DNA of 64,000 nucleotides from Mobula hypostoma (lineage: Eukaryota). Below are positions 12,998 to 24,829 of this stretch, piece after piece. Location: NCBI RefSeq assembly GCF_963921235.1, contig NC_086097.1, positions 203,734,001 to 203,798,000 of the forward strand, read 5' to 3'. Within the stretch, counting starts at the first letter, position 1, and each line of letters opens with the position of its first letter. The notes beneath the pieces are model-generated. The model had not been told where the DNA came from. It saw only the letters and a list, made by a program, of their open reading frames with translations, and made no database searches. A program made the translations under genes and the position numbers.

Positions 12998-14141
12998 AGA
13001 AACATAGAAACATAGAAAACCTAGAGCACAATACAGGCCCTTCAGCCCACAAAGTTGTGCCGAACATGTCCCTACCTTAGAAATTACTAGGCTTACCCAT
13101 AGCCCTCTATTTTTCTAAGCTCCATGTACCTATCCAAAAGTCTCTTAAAAGACCCTATTGTATCTGCCTCCACCACCGTTGCCAGCAGCCCATTCCACGC
13201 ACTCACCACTCTCTGCTTAAAAAAAACTTACCCCTGACATCTCCTCTGTACCTATTCCCCAGCACCTTAAACCTGTGTCCTCTTGTGGCAACCATCCCAA
13301 CCCTGCAAAAAAGCCTCCAACTATCCACACGATCAATGCCTCTCATCATCTTATACACCTCTATCAGGTCACCTCTCATCCTCCGTTGCTCCAAGGAGAA
13401 AAGGCCGAGTTCACTCAACCTGCTTTCATAAGGCATACTCCACAATCCAGGCAACATCCTTGTAAATCTCCTCTGCATCCTTTCTATGGCTTCCACATCC
13501 TTCCTGTAGTGAGGCGACCAGAACTGAGCACAGTACTCCAAGTGGGGTCTGACCAGGGTCCTATATAGCTGCAACATTACCTCTCGGCTCCTAAGTTCAA
13601 TTCCATGATTAATGAAGGCCAATGCACCATATGCCTTCTTAACCACAGAGTCAACCTGCACAGCAGCTTTGAGAGTCCTATGGACTCGGACTCCAAGATC
13701 CCTTTGATCCTCCACACTGCCAAGAGTCTTACCATTAATACTATGTTCTGCCATCATATTTGACCTGCCAAAATGAACCACTTCACACTTATCTGGATTG
13801 AACTCCATCTGCCACTTCGCAGCTCAGTTTTGCATCCTATCAATGTCCCGTTGTAACCTCTGACAGCCCTCCACACTATCCACAACACCTCCAACCTTTG
13901 TGTCGTCAGCAAATTTACTAACCCATCCCTCCACTTCCTTGTCCAGGTCATTTATAAAAATCACAAAGAGTAGGGGTCCCAGAACAGATCCCCAAGGCAC
14001 ACCACTGGTCACCAACCTCCATGCAGAATATGACCCGTCTGCAACCGCTCTTTGCCTTCTGTGGGCCAGAGAGTTCTGGATCCACAAAGCAATGTCCCCT
14101 TGGATCCCATGCCTCCTTACTTTCTCAATAAGCCTTGCATG

Positions 14142-14964
14142 TGAGGTTATAAATGTGAGGTTATCCACCTTGGTGGCAAGAACAGGAAAACAGATTATTA
14201 TCTGAAAGGTGGCCGATTAGGAAAAGGGGAGGTGCAACGAGACCTGGGTGTCATTATACACCAGTCATTGAAAGTGAGCAGGCAGGTACAGCAGGCGTTG
14301 AAAAAGGCGAATGGTATGCTGGCATTCATAGCAAGGGGATTCGAGTACAGGAGCAGGGGGGTTCTACTGCAGTTGTACAAGGCCTTGGTGAGACCACACC
14401 TGGAGTATTGTGTGCAGTTTTGGTCCCCTAATCTGAGGAAAGACATTCTTGCCATAGAGGGAATACAAAGAAGGTTCAGCAGATTGATTCCTGGGATGGC
14501 AGGACTTTCATATGATGAAAGACTGGATCGACTAGGCTTATACTCGCTGGAATTTAGAAGATTGAGGGGGTAATCTTATTGAAACATATAAAATTCTAAA
14601 GGGATTGGACAGGCTAGATGCAGGAAGATTGTTCCCGATGTTGGGGAAGTCCAGAATGAGGGGTCACAGTTTAAGGATAAAGGGGAAGCCTTTTAGGACT
14701 GAGATAAGGAAAAAACTTCTTCACACAGAGAGTGGTAAATCTGTGGAATTCTCTGCCACAGGAAACAGTTGAGGCCAGTTCATTGGCTATATTTAAGAGG
14801 GAGTTAGATATGGCCCTTGTGGATAAAGGGATCAGGGGGTATGGAGGGAAGGCAGGTACAGGGTTCTGAGTAGGATGATCAGCCATGATCATACTGAATG
14901 GCAGTGCAGGCTTGAAGGGCCAAATGGCCTACTCCTGCACATATTTTATATGTTTCTATTTTCT
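14142..14964 (+). mobile_element. 5'-truncated CR1 copy C inserted antisense in copy B
   Basis: ORF 14232-14573 (LYKALVRPHLEYCVQFWSP); TTTCTATG-type tail; copy B resumes (GCCTTGCATG / ATGGGGTACC). Confidence 0.9.
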
Positions 14965-15424
14965 ATGGGGTACCTATCAAATGCCTTGCTGAAATCCATA
15001 TACACAACATCTACTGTTCTTCCTTCATCAATGTGTTTAGTCACATCCTCAAAAAATTCAATCAGGCTGGTAAGGCACGACCTGCCCTTGACAAAGCCAT
15101 GCTGACTATTCCTAATCATATTATGCCTCTCCAAATGTTCATAAATCCTGCCCCTCAGGATCTTCTCCATCAACTGACCAACCACTGAAGTAAGACTCAC
15201 TGGTCTATAATTTCCTGGGCTACCTTTACTCCCTTTTTTGAATAAAGGAACAACATCCACAACCCTCCAATCCTCCGGAACCTCTCCCATCCCCATTGAT
15301 GATTCAAAGCTCATTGCCAGAGGCTCAGCAATCTTCTCCCTCGCCTCCCACAGTAGCTTGTGTCCGGTCCTGGTGACTTATCCAACTTGCTGCTTTCCAA
15401 AATCTCTAGCATGTCCTCTTTCTT

Positions 15425-15675
15425 TTTTTTTGTAATTTATTGTTTATTTAAGTTCATCATCAAACAAACATTTCCATAAGATCTATTTCAGATACTGTAC
15501 CTGTATATCATATAGACATATTTGTCACAAATTTCCACATAATATTTATCTGAGGAATACACTTATAGAAAGGAGAGGAAAGAAAAAACAATCGAATGAA
15601 GAAAACTATGTACAAAGTGGGGAGTAATCTTTTTTTTTTACAACATATTCATTGACTTGTGAGAATAAAATCAGG
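15425..15675 (-). mobile_element. Short poly(A)-tailed retroposed insert (L1/Tx1-like 3' UTR)
   Basis: Poly-T head; ~17-bp TSD AGCATGTCCTCTTTCTT (15408-15424) / AGCACATCCTCTTTCTT (15676-15692); target TTCTT/AA. Confidence 0.7.
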
Positions 15676-18148
15676 AGCACATCCTCTTTCTTAATATCTA
15701 CATGCTCAAGCTTTTCAGTCTGCTGCAAATCAGCACTACAATCACCAAGATATTTTTCCATAGTGAATACTGAAGTAAAGTATTCATTAGGTACCTCTGC
15801 TATTTCTTCCGGTTTCATACACACTTTCGCACTTGATAGGTCCTATTCTTTCACGTCTTATCCTCTTGCTCTTCACATACATGTAGAATGCCTTGGGGTT
15901 TTCCTTAATCCTGCCCGCCAAGGCCTTCTCATGGTCCCTTCTGGCTCTCCAAATTTCCTTTCTAAGCTTGTTCTTGTTAGCCTTATTGTCTTCTAGATCT
16001 CCAACATTACTTAGCTCTGTGAACCTTTTGTTAGCTTTTCTTTTCCTCTTGACTAGATCTACTACAGCCTTTGTACACCACGGTTCCTGTACCCTACCAT
16101 AACTTCCCTGTCTCATTGGAATGTACCTATGCAGAACTCTACACAAATATTCCCTGAACATTTGCCACATTTCTTCCGTACTTTTCCCTGAGAATATCTG
16201 TTCCCAATTTAAGCTTCCAATTTCCTGCCTGATATCCAATTAAACACTTTTCTGACTTGTCTGTTCATAACTCTCTCCAATGCTATTGTAAAGGAGATAG
16301 AATTATGATCACTATCTCCAAAGTGCTCTCCCGCTGAGAGATCTGACACCTGACCAGGTTCATTTCCAAATACCAAATCAAGTACAGTCTCTCCTCTTGT
16401 AGGCTTATCTACATATTGTGTCAAGAAACCTTCCTGAACACACCTAACAAACTCCACCCCATCTGAACCCCTTGCTTTAGGGAGATGCGAATCAATATTA
16501 ATTTCCCAAATCTCCCATCATGACATCTCTGTTATTATTACACCTTTCCAGGATCTGTTTCCCTATCTTTTCCTTGATATCCCTGTTACTATTGGGTGGC
16601 CTATAAAAAACACCCAGAAGAGTTATTGACCTCTTCCTGTTCCTAACCTCCACCCACAGAGCCTCAGTAGACAATTCCTCCATGATGTCCACCTTTTCTG
16701 CAGCCGTGACACTATCTCTGATCAACAGTACCACGCCCCCACCTCTTTTGCCTCCCTCCCTGTCCTTTCTGAAACATCTAAAACCTGGCACTTGAAGTAA
16801 CGATTCCTGTCCCTGAGCCATCCAAGTCACTGTAATGGCCACCACATCATAGCTCCAAGTACAGATCCACGCTATAAGCTCATCCGCTTTGTTCACAATA
16901 CTCCTTGTGTTAAAATAGACACATCCCAAACCGTCTGTCTGAGCGCATCCCTTCTTTATCACCTGCCTATCCTCCCTCACACACTGTTTACAAGATTTCT
17001 CTATTTGTGAGCCAACCACCTCTTCTCCAGTCGCTTTAGTTCCATTCCCACCCCCAACAATTCTAGTTTAAACTCTCCCCAATAACCTTAGCAAACCTCC
17101 CTGCCAGGATATTGGTCTCTCTGGGATTCAAGTGCAACCCGTCCTTTTTGTACGGGTCACAGCTGCCCCAAAAGAGGTCCCAATGATCCAGAAATCTGAA
17201 TCCCTGTCCCCTGCTCCAATCCCTCAGTCACACATTTATCCTCCACCTCACTCTATTCCTTTACTCACTGTCACGTGGCACAGGCACGTGATTACTACCT
17301 TTGCGGTCCTGCTTCTCAACTTCCTTCCTAACTCCCTGTAGTCTTTTTTCAGGACCTCTTCCCTTTTCCTACCTATGTCATTGGTATCAATATGTACCAC
17401 GGCCTCCGACTGTTCTCCCTCCCACTGCAGGGTATTGTGGACGCAATCTGAAACATCTCGGACCCTGGCACCTGGGAGGCAAACTACCATCCGAGTTTCT
17501 TTCCTACATCCACAGAGTCACCTGTCTGACCCCCTAACTATAGAATCCCTATCACTACTGCCTTCCTCTTCCTTTCCCTACCCTTCTGAGCCACAGGGCT
17601 GGACTCTATGCCAGAGGCACGACCATTGTTGCTTCCCCCAGGTAGGCTGTCGCCCCAAACAATACTCAAACAGGAGTACTTATTGTCAAGGAGTACAGTC
17701 ACGGGGGTACTCTCTAGTACTTGACTCGTCCCCTTCCTTCTCCTGACTGTTACTGACTTGTTTGTCTCTCATGGCCCTGGTATGACCACCTGCCTATAAC
17801 TCCTTTCTATTACCTCCTCAGTCTCCCTGACTAGATGAAGGTCATTGAGCTGCATCTCCAGTTCCCTAATGCAGTCCCTTAGGAGCTGCAGCTCGACACA
17901 CCGGGTGCAGATATGGCCGTCCAGGAGGCTGGGAGACTCCAGGACCTCCCACATCTGACACCGAGCACAGAACGCTGGCCTCACACACATACTTCCTTTC
18001 CACAATTAACACAGGTAAACCTACCTCGCCTCGTTACCACCTAAGCCCATTGAGCCAAAACCCTAACAGTCTGCTTCCTGTCACTCTGCTGCCTGCTCCG
18101 AACGCTGCCTGCAGAATATGGTGGTCTTCTTTTTAAACCTTTTCCGCT

Positions 18149-18330
18149 CTTGCATTTCCCTCATTTTTTTGCAGAAACTCCAACCATTGCTGCTCTGCTG
18201 TCTTTCCTGCAAATGTCCCTTTCCAGTCAACATCGGCCAATTCCCCTCTCATGCCATTGTAATTTCCTTTATTCCACTGAAATACTGACACATTGGATTT
18301 TACTTTTTCTCTCTCAAATTTCAATGTGAA
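18149..18330 (-). mobile_element. Upstream continuation of CR1 copy A
   Basis: ORF 18133-18324 (FEREKVKS..AEQQWLEF) joins GRYIP.. at 12997, matching the contiguous sequence at 59530-59720. Confidence 0.88.
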
Positions 18331-20303
18331 TAATGTACATGCTATTTGTGATTAATGGGTATAACTTGCTACCATGTGGTATAGTTGAGATCCCTGATGC
18401 CTTTAGGAGTAGGTTATGTAAGGGGATGATAGAGAGAGGCATCAAATTATAAGATGATAGAGTTCATTGGGAGTGAACTGAAAAGAAGTTTATGTGGTGT
18501 GGAAATATTCTCATAGACCACTTGATCTGAATGGCCTAGTTCTGTGCTAAAAATATGATGTATGGAGCATCTTTGAAAAGGGCATCAAATATTGCTCAGA
18601 TGTAAGAGTGAGCTCTAACCTTTTGATTAATAGTTCTCTAAGAGGGTTTTGATGGCCTTATAATTTTATAAAAGTTCTTTGTATAAACCCTGTCATGGTT
18701 GAGCCTGCGGAGATGTGCCAATTCCAATAACTAATGAATAAAGCACTTGGGTTCTTTATTGTATTTTTTCCACGGTTTCATTTCCTAAAGATATTTTTTA
18801 ATATATGTCAGAGTGCAGTTCCATCGTAACCAAGTAATCAACAGTATGACCATAGCAGTCATTCACCAACATCGAGTGCAAGTATCAACAAACTAACTTA
18901 ATGAAGTGACATTACTGCTCTACGCAGCCCAATTCTAACTTCAGGTGATAAATTTCCAAAACTCTTCATGAATATCAGTCAGGAAGAGGAGCTTTGGCTG
19001 CAGTTTCCCTTTTGAGCCTTGAGTTATGGAAAGCCAATTCTAACACCCTAACTTATGCTTGACTAAGATCAGCTAATTCAGCACAGACTGGGAATCAGTA
19101 CAAGATCATTTGCTTTTCACGTTGCTCAATGCCTGAAGTGTATTTTATGTCTGAGTGCTTTGCATGCTTGAAATGTGTACTTGTAGCTTTGAGTTTACAG
19201 ATCAGGTGCTGCTAAATTGTTATCAAATCACTTTTTCGTGGGCAATTAAGCAATAACCTGCACTGTTCTATGTTCCAATTATTTAAAGTGATATCTGAGT
19301 TTTAACTTCAGGGACTGAGGGTGGGGGAAGGGGATGGATGTGGGCAGATGTCAAATGCTTGAATCTATGGAGTTCATTCAAACATTGGGAATTCTGTTCC
19401 TGTGTTTGTAAAGTTTCAGACTTCTCTCTCTGCACCTGAATGATGTTTAATTTTATTTATATAAAATTTCTGTACATGCAGCAATACAATTTGATTTCAT
19501 TGCATTCTGTCTACATAATTTCAAAAGTGGATATTAACATTTATAAAATAAGCTGTTAACACTTCATTAAAAATAGTGCCCAGTATATCAAGTGTGATAA
19601 TATTAAATGTATTAAATATTCAGATGTGAACTTCACTCAGAAATGCTTTTTGTGAGTGCTTACAACAAATGAATGGTTTCTATTTCTTATGTAATTGTTT
19701 TTTGAAGATACTTAGTTTTATGTATCAACACTAGTGGTTTACATTTTCATAGTATGTATCCCTATTTCTAGTCTCTGGTTTGCATTGGCAAGAAACCCAA
19801 AAGGTAAGAGCAGTGATTGTTTTTGCAGATCAAACATCATTCTCTGTGGCAGAATTTAGATGGCTGAAGAATGAGAATCTCAGGAGAAGACATGAGCCAT
19901 TGCAAATAATAAAATTAAAAATATCTTCCCAAGATTTAAGTGCTGGCAGCAAAATATTACTCCTCATATCCATGAGGTATTCTATAAATGTTTCAAAACA
20001 CTGAATTATGAAAGGAAAGATGGGCAGGTGGGGCTCATTGGCCATGGGGGTTGGCAGCTCCTCTGAGAGAAGGAAATCTGATCTCATTGCCTTGAAGCTA
20101 ATGGAAAAGGCTTTGGGAGTAAACCCTGAGGAAAAATATGGAGCTGGAGTCCTTAAGGCAGTCCTATGTTGATTTCAATGCTGACTGGCAACTCCCGTGA
20201 CACCGCTGATCTCAAACTGTATCGGTCTCTGCCATTCTTTTGGATTCATCGGCTGCATGGAGAGGGGGAGCATGCTGCATGGAGAACAACTTTCTTTCTA
20301 TAT

Positions 20304-21083
20304 CAACACACATCAAAGTTGCTGGTGAACGCAGCAGGCCAGGCAGCATCTGTAGGAAGAGGTGCAGTCGATGTTTCAGGCCGAGACCCTTCGTTAGGAC
20401 TAACTGAAGGAAGAGTGAGTAAGGGATTTGAAAGTTGGAGGGGGAGGGGGAGATTCAAAATGATAGGAGAAGACAGGAGGGGGAGGGATGGAGCCAAGAG
20501 CTGGACAGGTGATAGGCAAAAGGGGATACGATAGGATCATGGGACAGGAGGTCCGGGAAGAAAGACAAGGAGGGGGGGCGGGACCCAGAGGATGGGCAAG
20601 AGGTATATTCAGAGGGACAGAGGGAGAAAAAGGAGAGTGAGAGAAAGAATGTGTGCATAAAAATAAGTAACAGATGGGGTACGAGGGGGAGGTGGGGCAT
20701 TAGAAGAAGTTAGAGAAGTCGATGTTCATGCCATCAGGTTGGAGGGTACCCAGACGGAATATCAGGTGTTGTTCCTCCAACCTGAGTGTGGCTTCATCTT
20801 TACAGTAGAGGAGGCCGTGGATAGACATGTCAGAATGGGAATGGGATGTGGAATTAAAATGTGTGGCCACTGGGAGATCCTGCTTTCTCTGGCGGACAGA
20901 GCGTAGATGTTCAGCAAAGCGGTCTCCCAGTCTGTGTCGGGTCTCGCCAATATATAAAAGGCCACATCGGGAGCACCGGACGCAGTATATCACCCCAGTA
21001 GACTCACAGGTGAAGTGTTGCCTCACCTGGAAGGACTGTTTGGGGCCCTGAATGGTGGTAAGGGAGGAAGTGTAAGGGCATGT
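20304..21083 (-). repeat. Inverted pseudo-LTR arm of the PLE (GIY-YIG C-terminus + 3' UTR)
   Basis: ORF 20700-21119 (-) repeats the C-terminus of ORF 22229-23575 almost exactly. Confidence 0.95.
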
Positions 21084-21084
21084 A

Positions 21085-21194
21085 ACCACCAACTGCGACT
21101 CCAGCCTTGAAACCACCAACTGCGACTCCAGCCTTGAAAACCACCAAGTGCGACTCCAGCCTTGAAAACCACCAACTGCGACTCCAGCCTTGAA
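21085..21194 (+). repeat. 27-28 bp tandem repeat x4 (ACCACCAACTGCGACTCCAGCCTTGAA[A])
   Basis: Direct: four consecutive units at the junction of the inverted arm and the main copy. Confidence 0.92.
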
Positions 21195-23575
21195 CTCCAG
21201 GCCGGGTCATTATGTGCTGCTATTGTGACTCCCGTCTCCCCTTCCCCCACCACCACTCCGCAGCCCCGTCTTCCTCAGATCCCACCGTCAACTCCTGGGC
21301 GCTCAGAGGCTCCATCTTCCTCTCACCCCAACCTTCCCCTCTCCATTGACACCCCCAGCCTCCCCCCTCCCCCCTCTGATCCCAGCTCTCATCTGTGCCG
21401 GGTCTTTACCATCCCCTACGACCTTCAACTGTCGGAGGCAGAACGCTCTGTTCTCAGTAAGGGCCTCACGTTTGTCCCCCTTCGCCCACACCTCAGCGAG
21501 TTCCGTGTTCACCATGATGCGGAACTGTTCTTCCGCCGTCTCCGTCTCCGAGCCTGCTTCTTCGGCAAGGACTCTTCCACCCCCACCGATGACCCCTTCT
21601 CGCGTCTTCAACCCTCCTCTTCTTCATGGACACCCCGATCTGGTCTTCTGCCTGCTCTGGATCTCTTTATCACTAATTGCCGACGGGACATCAACCGTCT
21701 TGACTTCACCGCACCTTGTCCCCATTCCAACCTCACTCCTTCGGAACGCTCTGCTCTCCACTCCCTCCGCACTAATCCTAACCTTATTATTAAACCCACT
21801 GATAAGGGGGGTGCTGTTGTAGTCTGGCGTACTGACCTCTACCTTGCTGAGGCACAGCGACAACCCGTGGATACCTCTTCTTATTTACCCCTCGATCGTG
21901 ACCCCACTAAGGAGCACCAGGCCATTGTCTCCCACACCATCACCGGCTTTATCCGCTCAGGGGATCTCCCATCCACTGCTACCAACCTTATAGTTCCCAC
22001 ACCCCGCACTTCCCGTTTCTACCTCCTACCCAAGATCCACAAACCTGCCTGTCCTGGCCGACCTATTGTCTCAGCCTGCTCCTGCCCCACCGCACTCGTT
22101 TCTGCATACCTCGACACGGTTTTATCACCCCTTGTTCAATCCCTTCCGACCTATGTTTGTGACACTTCTCACGCTCTTAAACTTTTCGATGATTTTAAGT
22201 TCCCTGGCCCCCCTGCTTTATTTTCACCATGGATGTCCAGTCCTTATATACTTCCATCCCCCATCAGGAAGGTCTCAAAGCTCTACGCTTCTTTTTGGAT
22301 TCCAGACCTAATCAGTTCCTCTCTACCACTACTCTGCTCCATCTAGCGGAATTAGTCCTTACTCTTAATAATTTCTCCTTTGGCTCCTCCCACTTCCTCC
22401 AAACTAAAGGTGTAGCTATGGGCACCCGTATGGGTCCTAGCTATGGCTGCCTTTTTGTTGGGTTTGTGGAACAATCTATGTTCCGTGCCTATTCTGGTAT
22501 CTGTCCTCCACTTTTCCTTCGCTACATCGACGACTGCATTGGCGCTGCTTCCTGCACGCATGCAGAACTCGTTGACTTTATTAACTTTGCCTCCAACTTT
22601 CACCCTGCCCTCAAGTTTACCTGGTCCATTTCCGACACCTCCGTCCCCTTTCTAGATCTTTTTGTCTCTGTCTCTGGAGACAGCTTATCCACTGATGTCT
22701 ACTATAAGCCTACTGACTCTCACAGCTATCTGGACTATTCTTCTTCTCACCCTGTCTCTTGCAAAAATGCCATCCCCTTCTCGCAATTCTTCCGTCTCCG
22801 CCGCATCTGCTCTCAGGATGAGGCTTTTCATTCTAGGACAAGGGAGATGTCTTCCTTTTTTAAAGAAAGGGGCTTCCCTTCCTCCACTATCAACTCTGCT
22901 CTTAAACGCATCTCCCCCATTTCACGTACATCTGCTCTCACTCCATCCTCCCGCCACCCCACTAGGAATAGGGTTCCCCTGGTCCTCACCTACCACCCCA
23001 CCAGCCTCCAGGTCCAACATATTATTCTCCGTAACTTCTGCCACCTCCAACGGGATCCCACCACTAAGCACATCTTGCCCTCCCCCCCCTCTGCATTCCG
23101 CAGGGATCGCTCCCTACGCAACTCCCTTGTCCATTCGTCCCCCCCATCCCTCCCCACTGATCTCCCTCCTGGCACTTATCCGTGTAAGCGGAACAAGTAC
23201 TACACATGCCCTTACACTTCCTCCTTTACCACCATTCAGGGCCCCAAACAGTCCTTCCAGGTGAGGCAACACTTTACCTGTGAGTCAGCTGGGGTGATAT
23301 ACTGCGTCCGGTGCTCCCGATGTGGCCTTGTATATATTGGCGAGACCCGACGCAGACTGGAAGACCGCTTTGCTGAACATCTACGCTCTGTCCGCCAGAG
23401 AAAGCAGGATCTCCCAGTGGCCACACATTTTAATTCCACATCCCATTCCCATTCTGACATGTCTATCTACTGTAAAGATGAAGCCACACTCAGGTTGGAG
23501 GAACAACACCTTATATTCCGTCTGGGTAGCCTCCAACCTGATGGCATGAACATCGACTTCTCTAACTTCCACTAA
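21162..23575 (+). pseudogene. PLE reverse transcriptase-GIY-YIG endonuclease polyprotein, one frameshift near 22210
   Basis: LSKGLTFVP, IIKPTDKGGAVVV, YLLPKIHK..GRPIVS, MDVQSLYTSIP, GVAMGTRMGPSY, RYIDD, Cys linker (CKRNKYYTC..FTCES), VIYCVRCSRC..YIGET. Confidence 0.93.
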
Positions 23576-23872
23576 GGCCCCACCTCCCCCTCGTACCCCA
23601 TCTGTTACTTATTTTTATGCACACATTCTTTCTCTCACTCTCCTTTTTCTCCTTCTGTCCCTCTGAATATACCTCTTGCCCATCCTCTGGGTCCCGCCCC
23701 CCCGCTTGTCTTTCTTCCCGGACCTCCTGTCCCATGATCCTCTCGTATCCCCTTTTGCCTATCACCTGTCCAGCTCTTGGCTCTATCCCTCCCCCTCCTG
23801 TCTTCTCCTATCATTTTGGATCTCCCCCTCCCCCTCCAACTTTCAAATCCCTTACTCACTCTTCCTTCAGTT

Positions 23873-23908
23873 AGTCCTGACGAAGGGTCTCGGCCTGAAA
23901 CGTTGACT
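23873..23908 (+). ncRNA. Minimal type-I hammerhead ribozyme motif in PLE 3' UTR
   Basis: AGTC-CTGACGA-A-GGGTCTCGGCCT-GAAA-CGTT-GACT: stem I AGTC/GACT, CUGANGA and GAAA cores, palindromic ACGU stem III; triplet GUU here (GUC in sister copies). Confidence 0.8.
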
Positions 23909-24829
23909 GCACCTCTTCCTACAGATGCTGCCTGACCTGCTGCGTTCACCAGCAACTTTGATGTGTGTTGCTTGAATTTCCAGCATCTGCAGAATTCCTG
24001 TTGTTTTCTTTCTATATCATACTGGTTGTTGGTTGTGCTTGCATATCAACACACAGCTAGGATGCATCATCCATGGTTGATCCTGACCACTGGAGTATAT
24101 GCTTCTTGTACTGCTGACATAAATTAGAGCTCACAGCTCTACACTGCATCCATCCCATTTCCCGTTCAAACTAATATACTCTTGTGTGTGTGTGTGTGTG
24201 TGTGTATGTGAGCAATATGAGCTCACATTGAGATCATGAAATTTCTTCCAATATTATTTCATTGTCCATTGATTTCTCTCCTGGAGGAGACAATTTCCTG
24301 GCGATAGTCTTCCATTAGTAGCCCCGATGGATTTCTTGCACCCTCATCCTTCTTTCCTGATACATAAGACGTCCCTACTGACCTAAATCTCACTGATGTT
24401 CCTCTCAGTAAATTTCTCTCCCTTGCAGCCTCTACAACTCCAAGGCAGTTATAATTGCTGCTCTCTGGTTGCCTTGGAGATACCCTCCTGTAATTGTTGT
24501 GCTGAAAGTTGGTGGCAACTACATAAAACTGAGCCTATCCCAAAGGGAAGCTGCAAGGGCTAAATCTGGGTATAAAGCACAAAAAACTCTAACACTCTTT
24601 CAAATGTCTCTCTGGTTTACTTTTTGAAAGGGATCTGGAAGGTGCCTGAGTACCAAAATGTAAATGCTTAGCACACCATAAATGAGTGAGCCCCAAACTC
24701 TTGCCAGATGGGTCCTGCCTTTCCTCAAACAGTGCTGTGGCACCTTCCAAGTCCACTTGCACGTGTTTAACATCTCATTCACAACACACCAGTTCCAACT
24801 TCAGTCCAACTCATGAACTCGTCCTTGAG

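Larger units (their letters stand above)
12998..18148 (-). mobile_element. Near full-length CR1 LINE copy B (ORF1 Cys-rich/coiled-coil/esterase, APE, RT), nested in copy A
   Basis: ORFs 17769-18005 (CARCQMWE..HICTRC), 17248-17490, 16498-17019 (YFNTRSI..FYRPPNS), 14946-15314, 13824-14168, 13203-13808; (AGAAACAT)n tail; CTT duplicated at 12995-12997/18149-18151. Confidence 0.92.
20306..24004 (+). mobile_element. Penelope-like element (Neptune type), 5'-truncated, with inverted 3' copy and 15-bp TSD
   Basis: TSD TTTCTTTCTATATCA at 20291-20305 and 24005-24019; RT + GIY-YIG ORFs; 20304-21083 is the reverse complement of ~23204-23970. Confidence 0.95.
20010..24090 (+). mobile_element. RTE-related non-autonomous repeat (20010-20305 + 24005-24090) interrupted by the PLE
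   Basis: RTE-5'UTR-like GAGAAGGAAATCTGA / GGGAGTAAACCC motifs; body similar to the SINE 3' part at 8885-9000. Confidence 0.45.

Noticed and set aside
21085..21194. Repeat array as a CRISPR
   Set aside because: Units are contiguous with no spacers, there are no cas genes, and the context is a eukaryotic retroelement.
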